Shown piece after piece: positions 42,040-51,983 of a DNA stretch of 64,000 nt. This stretch comes from Erysipelotrichaceae bacterium. Its GTDB lineage: Bacteria; Bacillota_I; Bacilli_A; Erysipelotrichales; Erysipelotrichaceae. The notes under the pieces were generated by a model that was given only the letters and a program-made list of their open reading frames with translations, did not search any database and was not told the DNA's origin. The stretch spans positions 10,137 through 74,136 of the forward strand of contig JAUNQE010000001.1 in NCBI GenBank assembly GCA_030536365.1, given 5' to 3'. A program made the translations under genes and the position numbers. The stretch's first letter is position 1; every line of letters begins with the position of its first letter.

Positions 42040-42897
42040 TCAGTACTCAAATCCGCTGTTCTCGCCGATCGGCTTTTCAAGAACTTCCGGATTCGCGAAG
42101 ATATGCTTCATTAAGCGCAGGCTTTTCGCGAAATAGAAACCGTCAGCGATGCGTTCGTCCAGAGTCGCGCCGATGTCGATGACATCGCGTACTTCCTTAT
42201 GACCGTCCTCCATGACCATTTCTTCCTTATGCAAGGTGCCGATCGTGATCATGATGCTGTTGGTGCCGTAGTTGTTCAGGTGATGGTAGACGGCAGGGCA
42301 CTTGATCGAGCCGAGGTTGCTGGCGAGGATCGTCGTGTAGTTCGGGTCCCCGTCTGTCAGCACTTTCGGGTTGATGCCCCAGAAATCCAGCCAGCGGATG
42401 ATGCGGATCACAAAGACCAGCACGATACGCGGCAGAGCGGCGAATTTATCCAGCAGTTCATCGATACCGCCGGTCGAATGTTCGCTTTTTCTAGTCTCTT
42501 TCACGTCACCGACGATCTTCCTGGAGATCGTTTCCAGGTTATCTTCATCCTTTGGCATCAGGACCATCAGGGATTCTTCCGCGTTATCCGCAAAACGGCG
42601 CTTTACGACGAAGCTCAGGCTGATCTCGTCGCGTTCGTAAAGAACATAGCCCTGAAAGTAGCGGTTGAGAAGGGGACGTTCCTTGACCATTCTTGCCATT
42701 GCGGTGATCGCGCAATGGAATACGGTCGTCTTGTAATCCGGGTGCTCTGCGTTTTTCTTTTCGAGATATTTGATCAGTTCAGTGGCGTCGATCTGATCGT
42801 TCAGGTAGACTTCGCAGTCCGTTCTTTTCGGGAGCAGATATCCCATGACGGTCTGCAGTCCCGGTGCTTTTACTCTGTGTTTACCGGCTTTTCCCAT
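42040..42897 (-). CDS. 2-oxoacid-dehydrogenase E2-type (CAT-fold) acyltransferase catalytic-domain protein, no lipoyl domain
   Basis: 285 aa from the ATG with an AAGGAG RBS 8 nt upstream. The C-terminal motif is LDERIADG where E2 enzymes have DHRxxDG. Confidence 0.65.
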   Translation of the reverse strand: MGKAGKHRVKAPGLQTVMGYLLPKRTDCEVYLNDQIDATELIKYLEKKNAEHPDYKTTVFHCAITAMARMVKERPLLNRYFQGYVLYERDEISLSFVVKRRFADNAEESLMVLMPKDEDNLETISRKIVGDVKETRKSEHSTGGIDELLDKFAALPRIVLVFVIRIIRWLDFWGINPKVLTDGDPNYTTILASNLGSIKCPAVYHHLNNYGTNSIMITIGTLHKEEMVMEDGHKEVRDVIDIGATLDERIADGFYFAKSLRLMKHIFANPEVLEKPIGENSGFEY

Positions 42898-42917
42898 TTC
42901 CAAATCTCCTTCTATGG

Positions 42918-44600
42918 TCAGGCTTTCTGTTCTTCGGCTTCCGCTTCTTCTTCGAGTTTGCGGAAAGCGACTTTTCCGACGAGCGTTTTCGGCAGTTCCT
43001 TACGGAAGACGATCTCTTTCGGAAGGGCATAGCCGGCGACGCTGCGTTTTACTTTTTCCATGATCTTTGTTTTGGTCTCTTCAGAAGGCTCATAGCCGTC
43101 CTTGAGAACGATGTAGGCTCTGACACGTTTCATGCGGCGCGGATCTTTCACGCCGATAACGCAGCTGTAGGAGACTTCCTCACAGCTGTCGATCGCGTTC
43201 TCGACTCTGCCCGGATAGATGTTGTATCCGTTTGAGATGATCATACGCTTAATGCGCTGACTGAAATAGACATATCCGTCCTCGTCGATCTTTCCCAGAT
43301 CGCCGGTATAGAGCCAGATGTTTCCGTCCGCCAGTTTACGCAGTGTGGCCGCTGTTTCCGCTTCGTGGTCGAGATAGCCTTTCATGACGGTCGGACCGCG
43401 CAGGATGATCTCGCCTTCCTGACCATAGGGAAGCTCTTCATCGGTGCCCGGCTGGACGATGCAGTAATAGGTATCCGGGAAGGGGATGCCGATGCTGCCG
43501 GGCTTATAGGTATCTCTCGGTGTCAGACAGCTGGCGGTGACGCATTCTGTCAGGCCGTAGCCTTCACGCACCTGAATCGTCGCGTTATGTTCCTTCAGGA
43601 AGGTATCGATCTTTTTCTTCAGTTCCACCGACAGGGAATCGCCGCCGCAGAACATGCCTTTCATGAAACTCAGATCAACGCCGTTGAGCTGCGGCATATG
43701 CAGAAGAGCCTCGAAGATCGTCGGGACACCGGCGATATAGTTCGGCTTTTTCTTCTTGATCATATCCGCGTAGGTCTTGGGATTGAAGGTCGGCATCAGG
43801 ATGCAGCAGGCGCCGTTGACCAGGATCGTATGGATATTGATCCCGAGACCAAACCCGTGGAACATCGGCATGCAGCTGAGCATCTTCAGACCGATGCCGA
43901 GATCTTCCTCGATCGCCGTTTTTGCCTGCAGCGCCAGCGCGTTGAAGTTCATGTCTGTCAGGCAGATGCCTTTCGGGACACCGGTCGTACCGCCGCTGTA
44001 AAGAATGACAGCTGTGCGGTCTTTTTCGTAGTGAATTTCCGGCAGGGTCTGGCTCTGTCCGGTCTTTATGAATTCCGTCCAGAGAACGCCCTGGCCTTTC
44101 AGCGGGTACTTCATGTACTGCTTTCCGGCTTTGACGGTATAGATGAGTTTCAGATGCAACGGAAGCTCATCCTGGATACGGGCAACGATCACCTTGACTT
44201 CATGATCGACGCTCTTGAGGGCTTCGATCACCTTTTCATAGAACATGTCCGGAACGAGGATCGCCTTGCTTTTGGAGTAGTTCAGGTAGAAAGTGATCTC
44301 TTCAAGCGCGGACTGCGGGTGGATCATGTTGGCGACCGCGCCGATGCGGTTCAGCGCGTAGAAGCAGTCCAGGGACTGCGGGATGTTCGGCATGCAGATG
44401 GTTACGGCATCGTCCTTTCCGATGCCGATATTCATCAGGGCCTTGCCGGCCGTTTCGATCTTCTTTACGAAATCCGCGTAGCTCGTCTTATTGCCGTAGA
44501 GCTCATAAGCGGGCTCTTTCGGATATTGCTTTGCGATCTGTTCGATCATCTGGAACATCGTTTTTTCCGGGTAATCGAGATGGATTTGAGATGTGTTCAT
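42918..44600 (-). CDS. AMP-forming acyl-adenylate/acyl-CoA ligase (FadD-like)
   Basis: 560 aa; ILYSGGTTGVPKG, EGYGLTE, TGDLG..DEDGY and the C-terminal GKV. Confidence 0.85.
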   Translation of the reverse strand: MNTSQIHLDYPEKTMFQMIEQIAKQYPKEPAYELYGNKTSYADFVKKIETAGKALMNIGIGKDDAVTICMPNIPQSLDCFYALNRIGAVANMIHPQSALEEITFYLNYSKSKAILVPDMFYEKVIEALKSVDHEVKVIVARIQDELPLHLKLIYTVKAGKQYMKYPLKGQGVLWTEFIKTGQSQTLPEIHYEKDRTAVILYSGGTTGVPKGICLTDMNFNALALQAKTAIEEDLGIGLKMLSCMPMFHGFGLGINIHTILVNGACCILMPTFNPKTYADMIKKKKPNYIAGVPTIFEALLHMPQLNGVDLSFMKGMFCGGDSLSVELKKKIDTFLKEHNATIQVREGYGLTECVTASCLTPRDTYKPGSIGIPFPDTYYCIVQPGTDEELPYGQEGEIILRGPTVMKGYLDHEAETAATLRKLADGNIWLYTGDLGKIDEDGYVYFSQRIKRMIISNGYNIYPGRVENAIDSCEEVSYSCVIGVKDPRRMKRVRAYIVLKDGYEPSEETKTKIMEKVKRSVAGYALPKEIVFRKELPKTLVGKVAFRKLEEEAEAEEQKA

Positions 44601-44780
44601 ATTTTATAGTCCTTTTATACAATTCCTTTTGATTGATCTGTTTTGATACTCTGCTTTTCATTATAACGAAAAAAGCACATATCTTTGTATTAATAGCACA
44701 AATAGGGAAAATGTGCATATTCCGATATTACTATATTGCAATACAGAATAGTATGTGATAAATTATAGCCGGGAGGAGAT

Positions 44781-45086
44781 ATGAATACACAGTTTAAAAA
44801 AGGTGTTCTGGATCTCTGTGTCCTGAATCAGCTGGTCAGGGAAGACCGTTACGGCTACGAGCTGACGGAGCTGATCTCAAGGGAACTGGAAGTTACCGCC
44901 GGAACTCTCTATCTGATCCTGAAAAGGATCAAGGATGACGGCTATGTAACGACTTACCTCAGAGAATCGGACAGCGGTCCGGCCAGAAAGTACTATCATC
45001 TGACGGAAAAGGGCAGAGACTATCTGCAGAAACAAAAAGCCGAATGGCTGGAATTCCTGGAAAAGGCAGGTAAATTATTGGCATGA
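44781..45086 (+). CDS. PadR-family transcriptional regulator
   Basis: 101 aa; the pattern LDLCVLNQL....YGYEL......E......GTLY.ILKR...DGY. Confidence 0.85.
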   Translation: MNTQFKKGVLDLCVLNQLVREDRYGYELTELISRELEVTAGTLYLILKRIKDDGYVTTYLRESDSGPARKYYHLTEKGRDYLQKQKAEWLEFLEKAGKLLA

Positions 45087-46312
45087 CAAAACAAGAATAT
45101 TTTGACGAACTGAAGCGAAAACTCCGTGATTATCCGGAAGAATACGCGGAACTGAAGGAAGCGTTCGAAGAACACTTCGCGGAAGGGGAGAGAAACGGCC
45201 AGAGTGAAGAGGAGATCGTCAGGGAACTCGGCCCAGTCGACGATATGATCGAAAGTCTCGGTCTGCCGAAACACAGTTCCGATATCCGCGAGGATTTCAA
45301 AGACCTCGGCAATGCGTTCGGTTCTTTCCTGAACGGTCTCGGGGATACGATCGAGGAAGGCGTCCGCAATCTCGATCTGGATACGAAAGTGAGAGAATTC
45401 TCGGAGCGGATCACGGAAGCTGCGGGATCTGCTGTAAACGAAGCTGTCCGTCCGCAAAACGGAAGTATCGGCGCACCGGTCAGCCGCATCGAAGTTTGGG
45501 GTGACTCAATGGATCTGAGACTGTCGGCTTCCCAGGATGACGGTGTTTATTATGAATACACGCCCGGCCTGACGGTCTTTGTTAAAGGGATCAACGAGCT
45601 GAAGATCGAAAACGATGCGGGTTACGTCGTTTTCCGTGAAAACTCTCCGCTCGGTATGGGCCTGATCCGCTCAAGCAGTCTGCTGGAGCTGAAAGTTCCG
45701 GAAGGGGTCACAGTCGAATTCCATTCCAAATCCGGTGATCTGCGTGCGGAAGATCTCGCCCTCGAACAGCTTGCGGTCAAAACACTGAGCGGCGATCACG
45801 AGCTCACGAACATCCGCTGCACATCGATCCGCATCGACAGCGTTTCGGGCGATCTGGATATGCAGAAAAGCACGTATAAGGAATTCCGCGCGAAGACGGT
45901 CAGCGGCGATTATGAACTGGATGCCTGCAGCGGAAACGTTTCGATCGAGACCGTTTCCGGGGATATCGGGATCGATTCCCTGCAGGGAGACAGCATTTAT
46001 CTGAAGACCATCTCCGGGGATACCTCTGTATCCTGCGTCTGCGAACAGCTCAAGTCCTCAACGACCTCCGGTGATCAGAAGATCCGTTTCATCGATTGCG
46101 GCGAGGAAGCGCTGATCAGCACCCAGAGCGGAGATGTGGATATCGAGGTCGATCTTACCGACTGCCGGATCGATATGAAAGCCCTGTCCGGTGATATCCG
46201 TTTCCCGAACGCGGAAGAAGCGGTCAGATACGATGATCATCACTACCAGATCGGTAGCGGAAGCAGCAGGATCTCTGTCAGCACGTCTTCCGGTGATATC
46301 CGTATCCGTTAA
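45083..46312 (+). CDS. DUF1700-like N-terminal domain fused to DUF4097 (LiaG-like beta-helix repeat) protein
   Basis: 409 aa; ATGA overlap with padR. The C-terminal half carries at least 9 roughly 19-20-aa repeats containing SGD(I/L/Y/H). Confidence 0.7.
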   Translation: MTKQEYFDELKRKLRDYPEEYAELKEAFEEHFAEGERNGQSEEEIVRELGPVDDMIESLGLPKHSSDIREDFKDLGNAFGSFLNGLGDTIEEGVRNLDLDTKVREFSERITEAAGSAVNEAVRPQNGSIGAPVSRIEVWGDSMDLRLSASQDDGVYYEYTPGLTVFVKGINELKIENDAGYVVFRENSPLGMGLIRSSSLLELKVPEGVTVEFHSKSGDLRAEDLALEQLAVKTLSGDHELTNIRCTSIRIDSVSGDLDMQKSTYKEFRAKTVSGDYELDACSGNVSIETVSGDIGIDSLQGDSIYLKTISGDTSVSCVCEQLKSSTTSGDQKIRFIDCGEEALISTQSGDVDIEVDLTDCRIDMKALSGDIRFPNAEEAVRYDDHHYQIGSGSSRISVSTSSGDIRIR

Positions 46313-46340
46313 TAGAAAAACGGTCTGTATCGCAAAGTAA

Positions 46341-46391
46341 AAAAAAGCCGTCCGGCACTCACTTATCCGGTGAGTCCGGAACGGCTTTTTG
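46341..46391. terminator. bidirectional terminator between convergent genes
   Basis: A long interrupted hairpin AAAAAGCCGTCCGG-CACTCAC...GTGAGT-CCGGAACGGCTTTTT. Confidence 0.75.
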
Positions 46392-46412
46392 TTTCTGCAG
46401 GATTCCTGAGAC

Positions 46413-47906
<1,494 letters not shown>

Positions 47907-48761
47907 TTAATCCTCCTGCTGTTTATGGAAATTGAAGTAGAGATTGGTATCGACGAGCTCTTCGATGCCGTCGATCTCTGCATGATCACTGTACTGCCAG
48001 ACGACGAATTCATAATCGAGTCCGGGAAGATTATTGTACTGGGCGAACCAGAGCGGGTAATTCATGATCCGGTATAAGTCATAATAGGTCTCCGACCAGG
48101 AGAGATTGGTATAGATCATCGGCGTGCGGCCGTTTTCCTCGATCTTCTGACAGAACGCCAGCGCGTTGTTGGTACGCTGTTCCGCGTCGATCGCGTCGAT
48201 CCGGCTTTCCGCGTAATCGACATCCTCGAGGTCATAGACGATCGGCAGATCGATCTGTTTGCCACGGATATGCTCGAGAACGTAATAGGCTTCTTCCATC
48301 GCTTCCCGCTCATCGATCGCCTGCGAGAAGAAATAGACGCCGACCGGCAGGCCGACTTCACGGGCGCCGTTATAGTATTCCTCGAACGCGGTATCCGCGT
48401 TCAGAAGTCCCTGCTCATAGCCGCGGTAACCGATCCGCAGGAAGACGAATTCCACACCGCTGTCCTTGACCTTCTGCCAGTCGATCTCCCCCTGATGGGA
48501 GGAGACGTCGATGCCGTAGGCGGCACCGGGATAGGTATAATGTCCGTTTTCCTCTTTCAGCAGCGAGAAATCGTAGGCGTGTTCGGTCAGCTGCTCCAGA
48601 GGTTCCTCCGGGTCAAAATCAAAATTGTAATAGATCCTGTTGAAAGCGTTCTGAATAAAAAAGAACAGCAGTATTAAGAGAAGGCCGCCCAGCAGCAGAT
48701 AAACGACGGCGCCTTCCTTGCCTAACCAGCGTTTCAGGTTGAAACGATTCTTTTTTCTCAT
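47907..48761 (-). CDS. GH25-family lysozyme (muramidase) with N-terminal membrane anchor
   Basis: 284 aa; one TM helix followed by YGIDVSSHQGEIDWQKVK..GVEFVFLRIGYRG. Confidence 0.85.
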   Translation of the reverse strand: MRKKNRFNLKRWLGKEGAVVYLLLGGLLLILLFFFIQNAFNRIYYNFDFDPEEPLEQLTEHAYDFSLLKEENGHYTYPGAAYGIDVSSHQGEIDWQKVKDSGVEFVFLRIGYRGYEQGLLNADTAFEEYYNGAREVGLPVGVYFFSQAIDEREAMEEAYYVLEHIRGKQIDLPIVYDLEDVDYAESRIDAIDAEQRTNNALAFCQKIEENGRTPMIYTNLSWSETYYDLYRIMNYPLWFAQYNNLPGLDYEFVVWQYSDHAEIDGIEELVDTNLYFNFHKQQED

Positions 48762-49192
48762 GCCTCTTTGATCTCTTCGGCGTTCACCACGCCGTCCAGA
48801 ACACTGAGGCGGATCATGCGGTTGTCAAAGGAGTACAGATCCATGACGATATCCGCTTCGGCGCTGTAAGCCTGCAGGATCTCCAGGATATCCTCGGAAG
48901 TCAGCTGCAGGGTCTCCTTGCTGTAGAGCTCGAAAATGGTGATGAACTTGTGGGAATTCTTTATTTCCCGGGCATCAAAATCATAAAAAAGCGTCTTTGC
49001 CGGGTCCTTGAAGACTTCCGCGCAAAGATCGTGCGAAAAAAGATGACGGATGAATCCGATATTGCCTTCTCTGTCTTTGGAGATTACGGTTGCTTTTATA
49101 TATACGGTGACGTCAAGAGGCAGTAAAGCCATGTCTTCGTCACCCGGCCTGAAATCGATCATCTGTCTCAGGGTCATGTTACTAACCAGCAT
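48758..49192 (-). CDS. hypothetical protein
   Basis: 144 aa from the ATG with an AAGAGGA RBS; the ORF-track start at 49225 would leave only 21 nt to the divergent gene. ATGA overlap with the GH25 start. I recognise no family. Confidence 0.5.
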   Translation of the reverse strand: MLVSNMTLRQMIDFRPGDEDMALLPLDVTVYIKATVISKDREGNIGFIRHLFSHDLCAEVFKDPAKTLFYDFDAREIKNSHKFITIFELYSKETLQLTSEDILEILQAYSAEADIVMDLYSFDNRMIRLSVLDGVVNAEEIKEA

Positions 49193-49246
49193 TATTATTC
49201 CTCTTTTCCTGCTCTTATTGTACAATATCTAAGATGAGGTGAGAAA

Positions 49247-51097
49247 ATGAAAAAGTTATTAATCCTGCTTCTTACTGTTCTGCTTCTGGCAGGCTGCCAG
49301 GGCAAGACGAAGACACCGGAAGAGCCGGAAGACGGGCAGACTTACCTTACGGCGCTGAAAGAATGGGCACCGCGCGATAAGAACCCCGAGAATACCGAGA
49401 ACGATCCGGAATTCGAAGCTTTCCTGGATCAATACTTCAAGGATTCGATCGAGAAAGACTACATGAACATGCACTTCAATGTCGTCGACTACAAGGCTCT
49501 GGGACTGACCAAGCCGGAGGTGACACTGGGCACGATCGAATACGGCACAGAAGGGGAAGACTACAAGAAAAACTACCAGGAATGCCTGGATACTCTCGAC
49601 AAGCTGAAAACATTCGATTTCAGCAAGCTTTCCTACCGTCAGCAGTATGACTATGAAGTCATCGAATACAGTATGTATGAAGGTCTGATCGACATGATCT
49701 ACGGCAAGTACTCGCTGCTGTTCCCGGAAAACGAACTGCCGAGCAATCTCGTAACGAACTTTACGGAATACTATTTCTATGACCAGGAATCCCTGGATGA
49801 CTATCTCGTCCTCCTGGAGGATGTCGGCCGTTATATGGATGAGGCGATCGCCTACACCCAGGAACAGGCGAAGGAAGGTATCGCCATGTCCGATACCCAG
49901 CTCGCCGACTCCCTGGAATACATCAAGCGTTTCACATCCAAAGTGGATGATAACGAACTGATCAGTGTCTTCAACAACCGTATGGATAACGAAGTCACTT
50001 TCCTGGATGACGCGCAGAAAGCCGAATACAAGGAAAAGAACGCGCAGATCGTTAAGAATACGGTCATCCCGGCATACCAGAAAGCTGCTCAGGAAGTTGA
50101 GAAGCTGAAGGGCAAGGCCCGCGTCAGCGGCGACCAGCGCGGTATGGTCCATTATTCCAAGGGTTACGCGGAAGCGCAGTTCTTCTTACGCAACAGCGAT
50201 AACCGCGACCTTGATGAAGTAATGGCAGTCATGGAGAAGGAACTGGAGTACATCCTGAGCGACGAATTCATGATGTCCGCATTAGTCAACACGACAGCGC
50301 TTGCGGAAGTTCAGACCGTTTATATGGATGCCGCTTCAAATGAAGTACTGGCTCTGGATACCGACGGTAAACTGAATTACCTGCAGGAACATCTGACAGC
50401 GATGTATCCGGCAAGCGAGAAAATGAGCTTCACCGCTTCTCCGCTTGATCCGTCCGTCGCTTCCGATTCGATCCTTGCCTACTATCTGACAGCACCGATC
50501 GATAACCTTGACCGCAACGTCGTCCGCACCAATCCGAATACACTGGGTGACGATCCGAGCGGCAGCTATACAACGCTTTCCCACGAGGCTTTCCCGGGAC
50601 ACCTGTACCAGAATGTCTACTACTGGCGTACGAACCCGCATAAATTCCGCAGCAATATCGGCTTCACCGGTTATACCGAAGGATGGGCGATGCAGTCTGA
50701 ATTGGATGCCTGGAACTGGGTCGGCTTCGAGACCGAAGAAGCAGCCAAGTATATGGGTGGCGACGCTGTATACGGTTATCTCCTGCAGAGTCTGATCGAT
50801 ATCGGTGTCAACTATAAGGGCTGGAACGTCAAAGAACTGAAGGAATATGTCAACGCGCTCGATCTCGGCATCACTCTGGATGACGCCGGAGCGCAGAGCC
50901 TCTATGACGCAGTAGCGGATATGCCGGCAACGATCTGTTCCTACGGCTACGGTCTCGCTGCATTCATGGAGATCCGTCAGCAGACACAGGAACGTCTGGG
51001 CGACAGCTTCGATATCATTGCGTATAACGAAAAAGCAATGCAGAACGGACCGGTATGCTTCCCGATGCTCCGCAAAGCAATGGAAGAATACAAGTAA
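49247..51097 (+). CDS. DUF885-family lipoprotein (putative metallopeptidase-like)
   Basis: 616 aa; signal peptide with LAGC lipobox and an HEAFPGH motif. Confidence 0.75.
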   Translation: MKKLLILLLTVLLLAGCQGKTKTPEEPEDGQTYLTALKEWAPRDKNPENTENDPEFEAFLDQYFKDSIEKDYMNMHFNVVDYKALGLTKPEVTLGTIEYGTEGEDYKKNYQECLDTLDKLKTFDFSKLSYRQQYDYEVIEYSMYEGLIDMIYGKYSLLFPENELPSNLVTNFTEYYFYDQESLDDYLVLLEDVGRYMDEAIAYTQEQAKEGIAMSDTQLADSLEYIKRFTSKVDDNELISVFNNRMDNEVTFLDDAQKAEYKEKNAQIVKNTVIPAYQKAAQEVEKLKGKARVSGDQRGMVHYSKGYAEAQFFLRNSDNRDLDEVMAVMEKELEYILSDEFMMSALVNTTALAEVQTVYMDAASNEVLALDTDGKLNYLQEHLTAMYPASEKMSFTASPLDPSVASDSILAYYLTAPIDNLDRNVVRTNPNTLGDDPSGSYTTLSHEAFPGHLYQNVYYWRTNPHKFRSNIGFTGYTEGWAMQSELDAWNWVGFETEEAAKYMGGDAVYGYLLQSLIDIGVNYKGWNVKELKEYVNALDLGITLDDAGAQSLYDAVADMPATICSYGYGLAAFMEIRQQTQERLGDSFDIIAYNEKAMQNGPVCFPMLRKAMEEYK

Positions 51098-51128
51098 ATA
51101 AACTTTATAAAATTCAAAACGATGTATG

Positions 51129-51157
51129 AAATGGCCGGATCCTCCGGCCATTTTCTT
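51129..51157 (+). terminator. rho-independent terminator
   Basis: AAATGGCCGGA-tcc-TCCGGCCATTT followed by TCTT. Confidence 0.7.
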
Positions 51158-51179
51158 ATCTCCGAAGAAAAAAATATAA

Positions 51180-51191
51180 TTTGGTACCGAA
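51180..51191. promoter_or_regulatory. near-palindromic candidate MarR operator, site 1 (TTTGGTACCGAA)
   Basis: It is 11/12 symmetric and ends 6 nt upstream of the -35. The same GGTACCGAAATA 12-mer recurs at 51231-42. Confidence 0.45.
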
Positions 51192-51196
51192 ATATA

Positions 51197-51225
51197 TTGA
51201 CAAGTAGTTACGGATCTCGTATATT
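51197..51225 (+). promoter_or_regulatory. sigma-70-type promoter of the marR-family gene
   Basis: TTGACA (51197-202), a 17-nt spacer, then TATATT (51220-25). Confidence 0.6.
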
Positions 51226-51228
51226 AAC

Positions 51229-51240
51229 TTCGGTACCGAA
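51229..51240. promoter_or_regulatory. perfect 12-bp palindrome TTCGGTACCGAA, candidate MarR operator, site 2
   Basis: It starts 4 nt downstream of the -10, so it covers the expected transcription start. Confidence 0.45.
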
Positions 51241-51268
51241 ATAAATGATTCAAAGGAGGTAGACAATA

Positions 51269-51808
51269 ATGGAAAAGACATTAGATGAACTTTTATTCGA
51301 CAAACTTGTCCAGACCGTCCGCCCGCGTCACCGCGGAGTCCATATGATGAGAAAGATGCACCGCCCTGAAGGATTCCGTCCCGAAGGTCCCGGCAGAGGC
51401 TGCCGCGGGCTTGCAGAGGGCATGCAGGGAAATCCCGAAGGCATGAAGATGCATCGTCCGCATCACTTCCAGCGCGAAAGGATCCTCGGGATCATTCTGG
51501 AAGCCGATGAAAAGGGCATGAGCCAGAAAGAGATCCTGGAACAGATCCATGTGAATCCGTCCTCTCTGTCAGAGCTGATCGATAAACTGGAGGCTGACCG
51601 CTATGTTGAACGTATCGTCAATCCGGAAGACAAGCGTTCGACCCTGATCGTCCTTACCGAAAAAGGGAAGGCGAGAGCCTACGAGGTGAAAGATGAGCAC
51701 CGTCAGCGCTGCGTGAAGATCTTTGCTGCTCTTGATGAAGAGGAAAAGAAGCAGCTCCTGCAGCTTCTGAGCAAGCTGGACCTCACCGAAAAACCGGAAA
51801 ACGAGTAG
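51269..51808 (+). CDS. MarR-family transcriptional regulator with a His/Arg/Pro/Gly-rich N-terminal extension
   Basis: 179 aa. The wHTH core (MSQKEILEQIHVNPSSLSELIDKLEADRYVER..NPEDKRS) is preceded by about 70 residues containing two KMHRP repeats. Confidence 0.8.
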   Translation: MEKTLDELLFDKLVQTVRPRHRGVHMMRKMHRPEGFRPEGPGRGCRGLAEGMQGNPEGMKMHRPHHFQRERILGIILEADEKGMSQKEILEQIHVNPSSLSELIDKLEADRYVERIVNPEDKRSTLIVLTEKGKARAYEVKDEHRQRCVKIFAALDEEEKKQLLQLLSKLDLTEKPENE

Positions 51809-51842
51809 TTTTACCGAATTGTATTGAATTCGTTTCCACCCG

Positions 51843-51876
51843 GAAAGAGAGATCGCGAGATCTCTCTTTCTTTCTG
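51843..51876 (+). terminator. rho-independent terminator after marR
   Basis: GAAAGAGAGATC-gcga-GATCTCTCTTTC (12 bp) followed by TTTCT. Confidence 0.75.
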
Positions 51877-51928
51877 ACAGGGCGTTTGGGATTGCCCCGG
51901 AAAGATGATTCGTATAGAATACTAATCT

Positions 51929-51983
51929 GTGGGCAGTTCCCACCGTCAGTGGCAGCAACCTGACGTAAAACAAAATAAGGAGG
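51929..51983 (+). promoter_or_regulatory. preQ1-I riboswitch (translational; SD in the 3' tail)
   Basis: P1 is CGUCAG/CUGACG (51944-49 / 51960-65). The 10-nt loop UGGCAGCAAC matches 8/10 of the T. tengcongensis preQ1-I loop UCGCAGUAAC as I recall it. The A-rich tail UAAAACAAAAUAAGGAGG (51966-83) runs into the SD. An upstream P0-like hairpin GUGGG-caguu-CCCAC spans 51929-43. The downstream gene is queT. Confidence 0.75.

Noticed and set aside
42199-44609. Two long plus-strand ORFs (277 and 414 aa) opposite the E2-like acyltransferase and the acyl-adenylate ligase.
   Set aside because: Same shadow-ORF signature. The minus-strand frames carry the canonical AMP-binding motifs, the CAT-fold motifs and good RBSs.
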